The notes beneath the pieces were generated by a model. It searched no databases, was not told the origin of the DNA, and saw only the letters and a list, made by a program, of their open reading frames with translations. 64,000 nucleotides of DNA. Source: an uncultured Gammaproteobacteria bacterium. Its GTDB lineage: Bacteria > Patescibacteriota > Microgenomatia > UBA10105 > UBA927. Shown piece after piece: positions 46,221 through 55,501 of this stretch (its first letter is position 1; each line of letters begins with the position of its first letter). The DNA is taken from contig CAZUOM010000007.1 of the NCBI GenBank assembly GCA_964621305.1, forward strand, positions 5,422 to 69,421. The letters are read 5' to 3'. The position numbers were made by a program, and so were the translations under genes.

Positions 46221-47408
46221 ATGAAAAGAATCAACATTTTTCTTCTAATTCTTTGTCTCCTCTTGGTTGCCGCGATTATTCTTAAAAAAGAATCACCGCT
46301 TGCTGATCGCATCTATGAATTCTGCAAAAACACCCAGTTTACTCCTTCCTGTTACGACGAGGAAATCCCGCGACTGATGGATGAGCCGACTAATCTCTCG
46401 ATGGAGGATGCATTTGCCGTTACTCGGCTTATTCAACAAAAAGATCCCAAGTACGCATACTGTCATGTATTAGGTCACAAGCTTAGTTTTAAGGAAACAA
46501 GTAAGGATTTATCAAAATGGAAAGACGTAGTTGCTCGCTGCCCTACAACGATGTGCAACAATGGTTGTCAGCATGGGGCACTTACGCGCCGGTTTAATAG
46601 CGAAATATTAACAGACGCGCTAATAAAAGAAATCAGGCCGGACCTATCTGATGTCTGCGAGCCCCGCGGGAAGTGGAACCCAGTGGAGGTGGAGCAGTCC
46701 ATGTGCTACCACGCGCTCGGGCACCTAGCCATGTTCGTCACAAACGCAAATATCACCAAATCCGTTGACCTGTGCCAAACCATCGGCAGCAAGCCGGACG
46801 GCAGAAACTATGTGCAGACTTGTACCGAGGGAACGCTCATGACGGTGTATCAGCCACTGGAGGCAGAGGATCGAGCGCTTGTGAAAGACATTGCTCCGAC
46901 GGCCCAATCAATGCCGCAGTTTTGCAGCCGGTTTACAGGAGAAACATTTCATGCATGCCGCAGGGAATCTTGGCCGCTATTTCGGGAGCAAATCCATACA
47001 CCTGATGGGCTGGTAAAATTCTGCTCGTATACCACAGACGTTAGTGAGCAAAAAAAGTGTTATGCTACAGCATTAAACATCATAGCCGTCATTCTAGTTA
47101 TGGATGATGAACAGAAGGTGGAAAAAATTGCAGATTTTTGCAGGAAATTGCACGGAAAAACCAGGGACCTGTGTTTTGCAAGTAGCGCCCGGCGGCTGAT
47201 ACAGGTTGATCCGAAGCTCGTTTCCCAAGCGCTCGGAATCTGCAAACTCGCCGAGGAGGATGGTTTGGAAAGCAGCTGTTACAACGAACTGATCCGGTTT
47301 TCGACGATTACCTACCACGAGGGATCAAAAGAGATTACCGCTTATTGCAAAAAGTTTCCTGCACAATGGGTCGATCAGTGTCTCCGGCACGAGGTACGGT
47401 ATGATTAA
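46221..47408 (+). CDS. Exported Cys/His-repeat protein, subfamily A (member 1 of a tandem paralog array)
   Basis: It has an N-terminal signal anchor (IFLLILCLLLVAAIIL). Repeated motifs are CHVLGHKL, CNNGCQHGA and CYHALGHLAMF. More than 20 Cys residues are present. Confidence 0.6.
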   Translation: MKRINIFLLILCLLLVAAIILKKESPLADRIYEFCKNTQFTPSCYDEEIPRLMDEPTNLSMEDAFAVTRLIQQKDPKYAYCHVLGHKLSFKETSKDLSKWKDVVARCPTTMCNNGCQHGALTRRFNSEILTDALIKEIRPDLSDVCEPRGKWNPVEVEQSMCYHALGHLAMFVTNANITKSVDLCQTIGSKPDGRNYVQTCTEGTLMTVYQPLEAEDRALVKDIAPTAQSMPQFCSRFTGETFHACRRESWPLFREQIHTPDGLVKFCSYTTDVSEQKKCYATALNIIAVILVMDDEQKVEKIADFCRKLHGKTRDLCFASSARRLIQVDPKLVSQALGICKLAEEDGLESSCYNELIRFSTITYHEGSKEITAYCKKFPAQWVDQCLRHEVRYD

Positions 47409-48558
47409 AGCAGTTCTGGTTATCATAATAGTATTAAGCTATTTTCTCCTGCGGGGGAGCGAAACGACGTCGCTTGCCGGCTATTCCTATCCGCAGCTTG
47501 CCGAATATTTTACGAAGCTTGCCGAGCAAAAGGGGCCGCGGCACGCGTTTGATGTGTTGCGCTCGTCGAAACTGCGGCCGAACACAGATATACACCTTCT
47601 GGGGCACACGATCTCGGACGTCTTATACAAAAAGGAAGGTGCGGCGGGGATGGCCATCTGTACCAATGATTTCCGTAACGCCTGTTCCCACGCTATTGTG
47701 ATTGGCTTGTATAATGACTACGGCGAAGCGGCACTTGAAAAAATTTCCGATGCCTGCCGTAGGGCTCCTGGAGGTAGAGGAGCTTATACCATGTGTTTCC
47801 ACGGTTTGGGTCACGGCATCTTGGCCTATTACGGGTACCGGATGGAAAACGCCCTTGCCTCTTGCGCCAAAACCGGTTCTCTCCAGTACGCTCACCGCGA
47901 AATGATCGAGTGCGTCGGAGGCGCGGTCATGGAGATTGTCGGTGGAGGATTCCATGATCGGGATATCTGGCAACGACAGCGCGTCAAATACCTTTCCAAA
48001 AAGGATCCGCTTGCCCCCTGCAATAAGCCAGTTGTTCCCGATGCGGCAAAACATATGTGCTATTTGTATCTCACACCGAATTTAATTGAACCTTTGGCAA
48101 TTGAATTTGCCACACTGACAGAGCAACAAGTTTCAAAAGCGTTTTCTGCCTGCAGACAGATATCGCTCGTCGAAGTTGCCAATCGTGATTATTGTTTTGG
48201 CGGAGTTGCAAAGGAGTTTCTGGTCATTGTGAAGGCGCGTGATTTTAGGAACATTGAGGAGCTGACGGATGCTGATTTAGACCGTTGGTTTTGGCTTTGT
48301 CGATTAGCAGAAAGCGATGACGGGATAGCTTCTTGCGTCAGACACAGCGTTAACACGTTTTACTGGGGCGGGGAAAATAACCCTAGATTATCCGTTCGTT
48401 TTTGCGGTCGTATTCACGATGTATTTTCGCAAAACGTATGTTATTCTCACCTCATTGGTTCCGTTCATACCTATGCAATAAGCTCAACCATGGTAAGTTC
48501 TGCATGTCGTTTATTGCCGGCATCATATAAAAAGCTTTGTGAAGAACGCACTCTATAA
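47401..48558 (+). CDS. Exported Cys/His-repeat protein, subfamily B
   Basis: It has an N-terminal TM helix and the motifs NACSHAIVIGL and CFHGLGHGILAYYGY. It overlaps the previous gene by 8 bp. Confidence 0.6.
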   Translation: MIKAVLVIIIVLSYFLLRGSETTSLAGYSYPQLAEYFTKLAEQKGPRHAFDVLRSSKLRPNTDIHLLGHTISDVLYKKEGAAGMAICTNDFRNACSHAIVIGLYNDYGEAALEKISDACRRAPGGRGAYTMCFHGLGHGILAYYGYRMENALASCAKTGSLQYAHREMIECVGGAVMEIVGGGFHDRDIWQRQRVKYLSKKDPLAPCNKPVVPDAAKHMCYLYLTPNLIEPLAIEFATLTEQQVSKAFSACRQISLVEVANRDYCFGGVAKEFLVIVKARDFRNIEELTDADLDRWFWLCRLAESDDGIASCVRHSVNTFYWGGENNPRLSVRFCGRIHDVFSQNVCYSHLIGSVHTYAISSTMVSSACRLLPASYKKLCEERTL

Positions 48559-49792
48559 ACATCGCAACCGCCTGCTCCCTTTCTTTCTTTTGGTGAATAC
48601 GCTTGGTGTGTTGATGGTCATTGCACATGTGAGAAAACTGCAAGAGGAGCGTATGAATAACATAATGCGAAGATCGATTGTCTCATCGACAAGCCAATAT
48701 GAGGCAAACGAGAGGATTCGTAGAGTAGCCCTTTCATACGGAGCGACGACGGTTTTTTCCGTGCTTTCCGATACGGTATTTCCCGCTTGGATGGACCGTC
48801 ACGCCATCGGGCACACAGCAGGAGAAGTTCTCTATGAACAAAAGGGAATTGGCGCGCTTGTACGTTGCCCAGAAGCATTTCAAAATTCCTGCAGTCACGC
48901 AATTGTCATTAAGTCAATAACCGGCGGCGGCATGGATGCAGTAGACAAACTCATTTCTACCTGCCTACGTATGGGCACAGATGATGTTTCGTTGGGCAGG
49001 TGTTTCCATGGGTTGGGACACGGCGTCCTTGCAGTTTCGGGATATGACGTATCTCGGGTAATGCGTATTTGCCAGAATGGTAGTAGCAAAGGCATCCGCC
49101 TGCTATTTCGGGAGTGCATTGGGGGAGTGTTTATGGAGCTCTTAAGCGAAGAGAAGCACGATCCGGCCAAGTTTGCCGCCGCAACCGAAAAGATTTTATC
49201 TCATGCGGATGGGTTGTACCCCTGTACGGAGCATGAACTTTCTGCGAGTGAACGGCTGGACTGTTTTCACTATCTGCCGATGGTGCTCTTAGGAAGAGCG
49301 GCAGGTTTTGGCCGCGTCTGGCATCTTGACCGTAGCACCTACGCCGCTGCTATGGAAGTCTGCTTGACGGCTTTGTCCGGGGAGGAGCGGGACGAATGTT
49401 TTTCCGGGTTCGGAACGCAGTTTCTTGCCTCCGGCATCCGGGAAGACCGAAAGATGATCGTAAAATCCGACGAAAATAAATTCGAGTGGATCGTTTCCAT
49501 GTGTTCGCTCGTGGACAATAAAACGTCAGCTTCTTCCTGCATCAATGGTGCCGTTTCTTCGATTCTATGGGGGACGGGAAGACTAAAACCTGCTGATAAA
49601 GTCGCCATTGATTTTTGCGCGTCTGTATCAAATAGAGCGCTGGCAGATTCGTGTTTTGACAGTTTGATTCGATTATATTTTGATCGGATGAAATCAGTTG
49701 ATCCAACAGCTTGGTGTGCTCAACTTCCTTCGATACATACAGAAAATTGTATTGCTTCAGGAGCAACGTTAACCAGGGGAATAAAGCAATGA
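48539..49792 (+). CDS. Exported Cys/His-repeat protein, subfamily B'
   Basis: It has an N-terminal TM helix and the motifs NSCSHAIVIKS and CFHGLGHGVLAVSGY. Confidence 0.6.
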   Translation: MKNALYKHRNRLLPFFLLVNTLGVLMVIAHVRKLQEERMNNIMRRSIVSSTSQYEANERIRRVALSYGATTVFSVLSDTVFPAWMDRHAIGHTAGEVLYEQKGIGALVRCPEAFQNSCSHAIVIKSITGGGMDAVDKLISTCLRMGTDDVSLGRCFHGLGHGVLAVSGYDVSRVMRICQNGSSKGIRLLFRECIGGVFMELLSEEKHDPAKFAAATEKILSHADGLYPCTEHELSASERLDCFHYLPMVLLGRAAGFGRVWHLDRSTYAAAMEVCLTALSGEERDECFSGFGTQFLASGIREDRKMIVKSDENKFEWIVSMCSLVDNKTSASSCINGAVSSILWGTGRLKPADKVAIDFCASVSNRALADSCFDSLIRLYFDRMKSVDPTAWCAQLPSIHTENCIASGATLTRGIKQ

Positions 49793-52029
49793 AAATAAAG
49801 AAAATACAATACAGAATTCTGTTGCCATTCATCATTATTATTCTTGCTCTGGCATTCACGTTTTTCGGATCAGAGCGAAAATATCCCGAGACAGCCTATT
49901 TGAAAAAACACCTATCTTGGAAGCAGCCTGAAGTTGTTACATATTTTAGTAAGCTTGCCAAAGAAAAGGGCCAGACATATGCTTATGGAGTGCTCGCGGC
50001 AGCACCGCTGCCACCAAATGTTGAAATTCATGTTTTGGCCCATGCGATAAGTGACGTCCTTTACGAAAAGAAAGGCGCAGAAGGAATTGCCGAGTGTAGT
50101 GATGAATTCCGCAACGCCTGCAGCCACGCAATCGTCATCGGGTTGTTTACAGAACAGGGCGAAGGTGCGCTTGATGTAATTGATACTGCCTGTCGAAAAG
50201 CTCCAGGCGGTAAAGCCGCCTATACTATGTGCTATCACGGCCTCGGTCACGGGATATTGGCATATTATGGGTACGATTTTAAGAGCGCTGTTGCCACATG
50301 CCGAAAAACCGGGACGTTTACACGGAAAAATCAGGAATCTATTGAGTGCATCGGCGGAGCGGTGATGGAGCTGGTCGGAGGCGGATTCCATGACCGGGAG
50401 ACCTGGATTGTACAGCGGAAGAAATATCTTTCTGGCGAGGACCTCCTTGCCCCATGCAACAGCAGCTTTATGCCGGATGACGCCCGAGGCATGTGCTACC
50501 TTCACCTAACGTCTCATTTTGTTTTTCCAATGGAGGAACATTTTTCCGAGTTTAGCCGAGAGGATGTCAAAACCGCTTTTGCCGTCTGCAATAGCTTACC
50601 GTTGGAAAGAATTGAAGACCGTGCGTATTGTTTCGGCGGAGTGTCAAAAGAGTTCATCTTCATTCTGAAAAAACGTGATGTCCGAAAGATCCCGTCGTTT
50701 ACCAACCACGATCTTCGTAGGTATGCAGATCTTTGTCTAATAGCTCCAGCTGATGATGGCATTACCGCGTGCATTCGCCACAGCGTCAACACGTTTTATT
50801 GGGGGGGAGCAGGCAGCAAAAATTTAGCTGTACGTTTCTGCCGCGTCATTACAGATGAGAAAAGAAGGGCTGATTGCTTTTCTCATTTCCTTTCCTCTGT
50901 TGTTTTTTACGCCCCCAATAGGTCAACAGTCGATGATGCCTGCAGAAGCGTGCCGTATCGTTACCGGACGGATTGTTTTAAGGGAGAAAAAAACGATAGA
51001 CAGGAGGCTATCAAAAAATTGCTTGAACAAGGAGAAATTTCCAAATCGCTTGATTTGGTTGTTTCTTTTTATCAGGCGGATCCGAACTTTGCCGGGCAGT
51101 GTCATACCTTGACCCATCAAATCGGGGAGGCGGCATTCTGGCTGTTTTCCCAAAAACGCTCATTTGTCGTCACAAGTTCAGCATCCTCCTGCGCGTACGG
51201 ATTCTATCACGGGTTTGCCGAGGAAATGTTCCGAAGTAAAGAGTCAAAAGAGACAGCGGTTTCATTTTGTAAATATGTTGGTAAACAGTCAAAAAACGCG
51301 GGCACCGAGGCGTTTTTCCAGTGTTTCCACGGCATAGGTCACGGCGTATCAAACAGCCATGACAAGATAAATTGGGGCAAAGAGGGCGTGATTCGGGATG
51401 CCGCCGTTTCCGTCTGCAGGAGCGTGTCAAGAACGAAAGTGGAATTTATCTACTGCGTAGGGGGGGTATATAACGGAATAGCCAATTATTATCGAGACGG
51501 CCAGTACGATTTGACTATGGATATGTCTGACCCCTTTCGGCTTTGTGCGGGACAGAAAGGAGACGAACGGACAATGTGTATTATTAATCTGGCCGTTTCC
51601 TATTGGCATTTGTCACAAAAAGATCTTGATAAGACGATTGCTATTTTGTCACCGTTGACTGATACAGAGCGGCAGGCGGCAGTGCGAGAGGTTGCGACGA
51701 AATTCTGGAATGAGAAAGCTTATGGAGATCACGCGACGACAGTAAGTAAGTGTAGGAAGCTTTCTTCTGAATTGTCTCTGCCGTGTTTGCGAGGGTATGC
51801 CATCGGCATGTTTGAGTATGGGCTGCCAGAAAGCGAGTATAAAGAAGCGCTGGCATTCTGTGCTTTAGGGATTCTCAATGATGTCGAATCTTTGGGTTGC
51901 TACGACGGCATAATTTCATTAATATCGAAGTGGTACAGTGAGAAGAAATCGAAGTTGATCTGCAGGATCTTGCCGGGGACGGATTTGCGGGAGACCTGTC
52001 TACGAAGAGTAGAAAAGATCCTAAAATAA
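49789..52029 (+). CDS. Double-module Cys/His-repeat protein (subfamily B module fused to a subfamily C module)
   Basis: The start is called at MKIKKIQYRILLPFIIIILALAF (ATGA overlap). The N-terminal half carries NACSHAIVIGL and CYHGLGHGILAYYGY. The C-terminal half carries CHTLTHQIGEA, CAYGFYHGFAEEMF and CFHGIGHGVSNS, as in the genes at 52032 and 53159. Confidence 0.6.
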   Translation: MKIKKIQYRILLPFIIIILALAFTFFGSERKYPETAYLKKHLSWKQPEVVTYFSKLAKEKGQTYAYGVLAAAPLPPNVEIHVLAHAISDVLYEKKGAEGIAECSDEFRNACSHAIVIGLFTEQGEGALDVIDTACRKAPGGKAAYTMCYHGLGHGILAYYGYDFKSAVATCRKTGTFTRKNQESIECIGGAVMELVGGGFHDRETWIVQRKKYLSGEDLLAPCNSSFMPDDARGMCYLHLTSHFVFPMEEHFSEFSREDVKTAFAVCNSLPLERIEDRAYCFGGVSKEFIFILKKRDVRKIPSFTNHDLRRYADLCLIAPADDGITACIRHSVNTFYWGGAGSKNLAVRFCRVITDEKRRADCFSHFLSSVVFYAPNRSTVDDACRSVPYRYRTDCFKGEKNDRQEAIKKLLEQGEISKSLDLVVSFYQADPNFAGQCHTLTHQIGEAAFWLFSQKRSFVVTSSASSCAYGFYHGFAEEMFRSKESKETAVSFCKYVGKQSKNAGTEAFFQCFHGIGHGVSNSHDKINWGKEGVIRDAAVSVCRSVSRTKVEFIYCVGGVYNGIANYYRDGQYDLTMDMSDPFRLCAGQKGDERTMCIINLAVSYWHLSQKDLDKTIAILSPLTDTERQAAVREVATKFWNEKAYGDHATTVSKCRKLSSELSLPCLRGYAIGMFEYGLPESEYKEALAFCALGILNDVESLGCYDGIISLISKWYSEKKSKLICRILPGTDLRETCLRRVEKILK

Positions 52030-52031
52030 CT

Positions 52032-53162
52032 ATGGTGTTCCTTCTTGTATTGGTTGCGGTTGTAGTAACTTCTGCAACAATTACTCATAAAGATATTTCG
52101 CCGTGTAAGCGGATCAGTGATGCAGAGAAAAAACAATGCCAGGCGCGCGAGGTTGATCGGATGCTCGGACGGCCGGATATTGCGCGGGCATGGAAGCTGG
52201 TTGCACAGTTTTCCCGGGATGATCCGTCATTTGCCGAAACCTGCCACGGGCTGACCCACAGCATCGGAAAAACTGCGTATAAGCTTTTTGTGCAAAACAA
52301 ATCAATACCCATAACGAAAGAAACATCGTACTGCTCCTACGGGTTTTACCACGGATTTATGGAAACGCTTCTTAAAGACGGCAGTCCCGCAGCCGCAGCA
52401 CGGGATTTTTGCGACCGGGTTGCCCGAGAAACAAAATCAATCTTACCCGATGCGCGGTATGCCTGCTTTCATGGTATCGGCCACGGGTGGACGAACATAC
52501 ACGAGCCGGCTCTTTTTGGAAATGAAAAAGCAATGGCATTTCCTGCGCTTTTCTTATGTCAAGAAGTTGCCCGGGATAAAGATGAGCTCTTGCGCTGTGC
52601 TACCGGCGTGTTTGACTCAATCTCTATTGCCTACTACAACAAACAGGCAGGGCTCATCGTGAAAAAAGATGATCCGCTGTGGCTGTGCCGGGCGGTGGCA
52701 GAAACATTTCGTGAGGCATGTTACCGCGATATGATGCCTGCCATCTTATGGCTCGGAAATTACCTCTTGTCCCAATCGGTGCTATATGTAGAAAAGTTTG
52801 TGCCGAAAGAGTACGCTGAGCCGGCGATTGCAACGCTTGCCAGCAACAGCGTGCGATACACCATCGGAACAAGTGAAGATTGGCAAAGGGAGTCCCTTGC
52901 TGTCTGCCGCCTGCTGCGGGATGACCTTCGTATTCCCTGCGCAAGCGGTCTTGCAACAGGTATGATGGAATTTGGGCAGCCACAGAAAGAATACATTCTC
53001 GCCTTGTCACTTTGTCGGAAGGATGACCTTTCACGAGCCGAAACAGACGTTTGTTTTCAAAGTGTCCTAAACTATATAGGTAATCGTTATCCAAAAGAAA
53101 AGGCGCAAGCACTTTGCCAATCTATTGAGAGCCAATATCAGAAGTACTGTAAGCGGTTATGA
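52032..53162 (+). CDS. Exported Cys/His-repeat protein, subfamily C
   Basis: It has an N-terminal TM helix and the motifs CHGLTHSIGKTAYKLF, CSYGFYHGFMETLL and CFHGIGHGWTN. Confidence 0.6.
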   Translation: MVFLLVLVAVVVTSATITHKDISPCKRISDAEKKQCQAREVDRMLGRPDIARAWKLVAQFSRDDPSFAETCHGLTHSIGKTAYKLFVQNKSIPITKETSYCSYGFYHGFMETLLKDGSPAAAARDFCDRVARETKSILPDARYACFHGIGHGWTNIHEPALFGNEKAMAFPALFLCQEVARDKDELLRCATGVFDSISIAYYNKQAGLIVKKDDPLWLCRAVAETFREACYRDMMPAILWLGNYLLSQSVLYVEKFVPKEYAEPAIATLASNSVRYTIGTSEDWQRESLAVCRLLRDDLRIPCASGLATGMMEFGQPQKEYILALSLCRKDDLSRAETDVCFQSVLNYIGNRYPKEKAQALCQSIESQYQKYCKRL

Positions 53163-54310
53163 GAAATTTTCTGTTTCTTGCCGCAGCCATACTTATTGGA
53201 GCAGTTGTTAGTAAGCCAACAACTGACTCTTTTAACTGCGACAAACTTACCGGTGTCAAACAATTGCAATGTTGGCAGGATGAAATACAACGAATACTCG
53301 AGAAAAATGGCATTGAGGCCGCGCTAACGAAAGTTAATCAATATTACGCTAGTGCCCTAGATTTCGGGCCCCATTGTCATGAGTTCATGCACCCCATTGG
53401 AGCTTGGGCACATTCTCAACTAAACTCAAACCCTTCGTTTAAAATTCCAGTAAATGCGTCATACTGTTCTTACGGTTTTTACCATGGATTTGTGGAAACT
53501 ATGATGGCCAAGAAAGGAGACATAAAAGAAGCAAGGCAGCTGTGCGATCAATCCGATGTTGCCAATCGCAAACTGGGAATCTTTATCAAAGGGTCCTGTT
53601 ATCATGGTATTGGACACGGAATTGCTGGAAGTTTCAACGTGCGTTCAGAAAAAGATCTTTCCACTCTTGTCACCAAGAGCTCGACTTTGTGTCAGGAACT
53701 GGCCGGCGAAGAAGAATTAGTTGAGAACTGTTCCGCGGGTGTGTTTAACGTGATAAGCAACCTCTATATTGCCCACATCGCCGACTGGTTTTTTGATACA
53801 GGTCGTCCTTTTGCCTTGTGTCAACAGTTTGAACGAGTGTATCCTCAATGTTATGCATACATGGTGCTGGTTTTGGTTTACAAAAACAACAGCGATTATT
53901 CAAAGACAACAAAATTATTGGAAGAGGCGCCTTCTGAAAGAGAAAGACGGGCTATCGTTTCGGCTCTCGGCTATAAAATGGGGACACAAAGCGTCAATGC
54001 ACCAGATATAGAAAAGCGGGTTAGTTGGTGCGACTATTTTCCTTTACCCTTTTGGAATACTTGTATCGCCGGTTTTATCCAGGGGCTACTCGGTTATGGA
54101 AAACCCGGAGAGGAATATAAACAGGTCTTTAAATTTTGTTTATCGAATAAACTATTAAACGGGCGGCGCGATGCATGTATGGCAGAAAGCTTTCATTCGC
54201 TTTCCCTCTCTTACACAGTTTCTAAAATAAAACCACTCTGCGAGATCGTTGAGAGCTTTTATAGACAGCAATGCGAAGAAACAGTACGACAAAAGAGTGA
54301 GTTCCATTAA
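53159..54310 (+). CDS. Exported Cys/His-repeat protein, subfamily C
   Basis: The motifs are CHEFMHPIGAWAH, CSYGFYHGFVETMM and CYHGIGHGIAGS. Confidence 0.6.
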   Translation: MRNFLFLAAAILIGAVVSKPTTDSFNCDKLTGVKQLQCWQDEIQRILEKNGIEAALTKVNQYYASALDFGPHCHEFMHPIGAWAHSQLNSNPSFKIPVNASYCSYGFYHGFVETMMAKKGDIKEARQLCDQSDVANRKLGIFIKGSCYHGIGHGIAGSFNVRSEKDLSTLVTKSSTLCQELAGEEELVENCSAGVFNVISNLYIAHIADWFFDTGRPFALCQQFERVYPQCYAYMVLVLVYKNNSDYSKTTKLLEEAPSERERRAIVSALGYKMGTQSVNAPDIEKRVSWCDYFPLPFWNTCIAGFIQGLLGYGKPGEEYKQVFKFCLSNKLLNGRRDACMAESFHSLSLSYTVSKIKPLCEIVESFYRQQCEETVRQKSEFH

Positions 54311-54322
54311 TAAAAAGATTCT

Positions 54323-55501
54323 ATGAGGAAAACTTTGATTATCTGTTGTATAGCAATACTGACAGGGTTCATTATTGTCCACTCCTATCTACAGCGACGG
54401 CTTGGTGGCCAAAATTTCGACCGCCTCGCAATTAACATCCGAACCGCTTGTCAAAAAGAGCCTGTACGGGCGCTTTGTTATGACAGCGCGCTTCCAAAAC
54501 TTATGAACAATTTTTCGATGGAACAAATATTTGCGCTGGCCAAAGTTATACAAAAGCAGGACACTTCATACGCGTACTGTCACGTTTTAGGTCATAAACT
54601 TTCGACAATCGAAACAAGAAAAGACGTTGGTAAATGGAAAGATGTTATTACGCGCTGTCCATCCGGGGTCTGTTCCAACGGCTGCATCCACGGGGCGTTT
54701 CAGGAGCGTTTTCGGACGGAAACCCTTCCTGATAGTAAAATTGCCGAGATTGCTCCGGAGTTAGAAACCGTCTGTGAAGCACGCGGCTCGTGGACGCCGA
54801 CGGGCTTGGAAAAAGCAAGTTGCTATCATGCGCTCGGGCATCTTCTGATGTACATAACCGGCGCTGATGCGGCAAGGGTAGTAACACTCTGTGATCGGAT
54901 AGGAGATAAAGGGAATAACGGAGACTTTCGCAAGGTATGCTACGACGGGGCATTCATGCAGATCTTTCAACCTCTGGAGCCTGAGGACCGGGCGCTTATT
55001 ACCGGCAAAGTTATAACCAGACTGCAGCACTCGACATTTTGCAAGCGATTCCCCGGGCCAAAAAAAACCGCGTGTATCAGTGAAGGTTGGCCGCTTTACT
55101 TTGACGAGCTGCGGGAGCCCCAGGGGCTTATCAATATCTGTAGTCAGCTTTCAGGCACTAGCTTTGATTCTTGTATTGATTCGGTGCTTTATGTTCTAGT
55201 CGTTCAGTTCCAATTTCATTTGCCGTCGATTAGACAATACTGTATTGGTTTGCCGAAAAAGTTGGCGGGCCGCTGTTTTGCCATGACGGCAAGTAGACTC
55301 ATCGAAACCGATTACGACAACGTGGATACAGCGGTTGCTTGGTGCAAGGAAGCGACACTGGAGACAATAGATTCGTGTTTTTCGGAACTTGTAAAAGAAT
55401 CGGATTTTATTTTTCAGAAAGGGTCGGCAAATCTTTCTGAGTTCTGCGAGAAATTACCGGAACAATGGAGAGAAAGTTGTCTAGGTAAAAAGAGCAAATG
55501 A
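54323..55501 (+). CDS. Exported Cys/His-repeat protein, subfamily A
   Basis: The motifs are CHVLGHKLS, CSNGCIHGAF and CYHALGHLLMY. It is a close paralog of the gene at 46221. Confidence 0.6.
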   Translation: MRKTLIICCIAILTGFIIVHSYLQRRLGGQNFDRLAINIRTACQKEPVRALCYDSALPKLMNNFSMEQIFALAKVIQKQDTSYAYCHVLGHKLSTIETRKDVGKWKDVITRCPSGVCSNGCIHGAFQERFRTETLPDSKIAEIAPELETVCEARGSWTPTGLEKASCYHALGHLLMYITGADAARVVTLCDRIGDKGNNGDFRKVCYDGAFMQIFQPLEPEDRALITGKVITRLQHSTFCKRFPGPKKTACISEGWPLYFDELREPQGLINICSQLSGTSFDSCIDSVLYVLVVQFQFHLPSIRQYCIGLPKKLAGRCFAMTASRLIETDYDNVDTAVAWCKEATLETIDSCFSELVKESDFIFQKGSANLSEFCEKLPEQWRESCLGKKSK

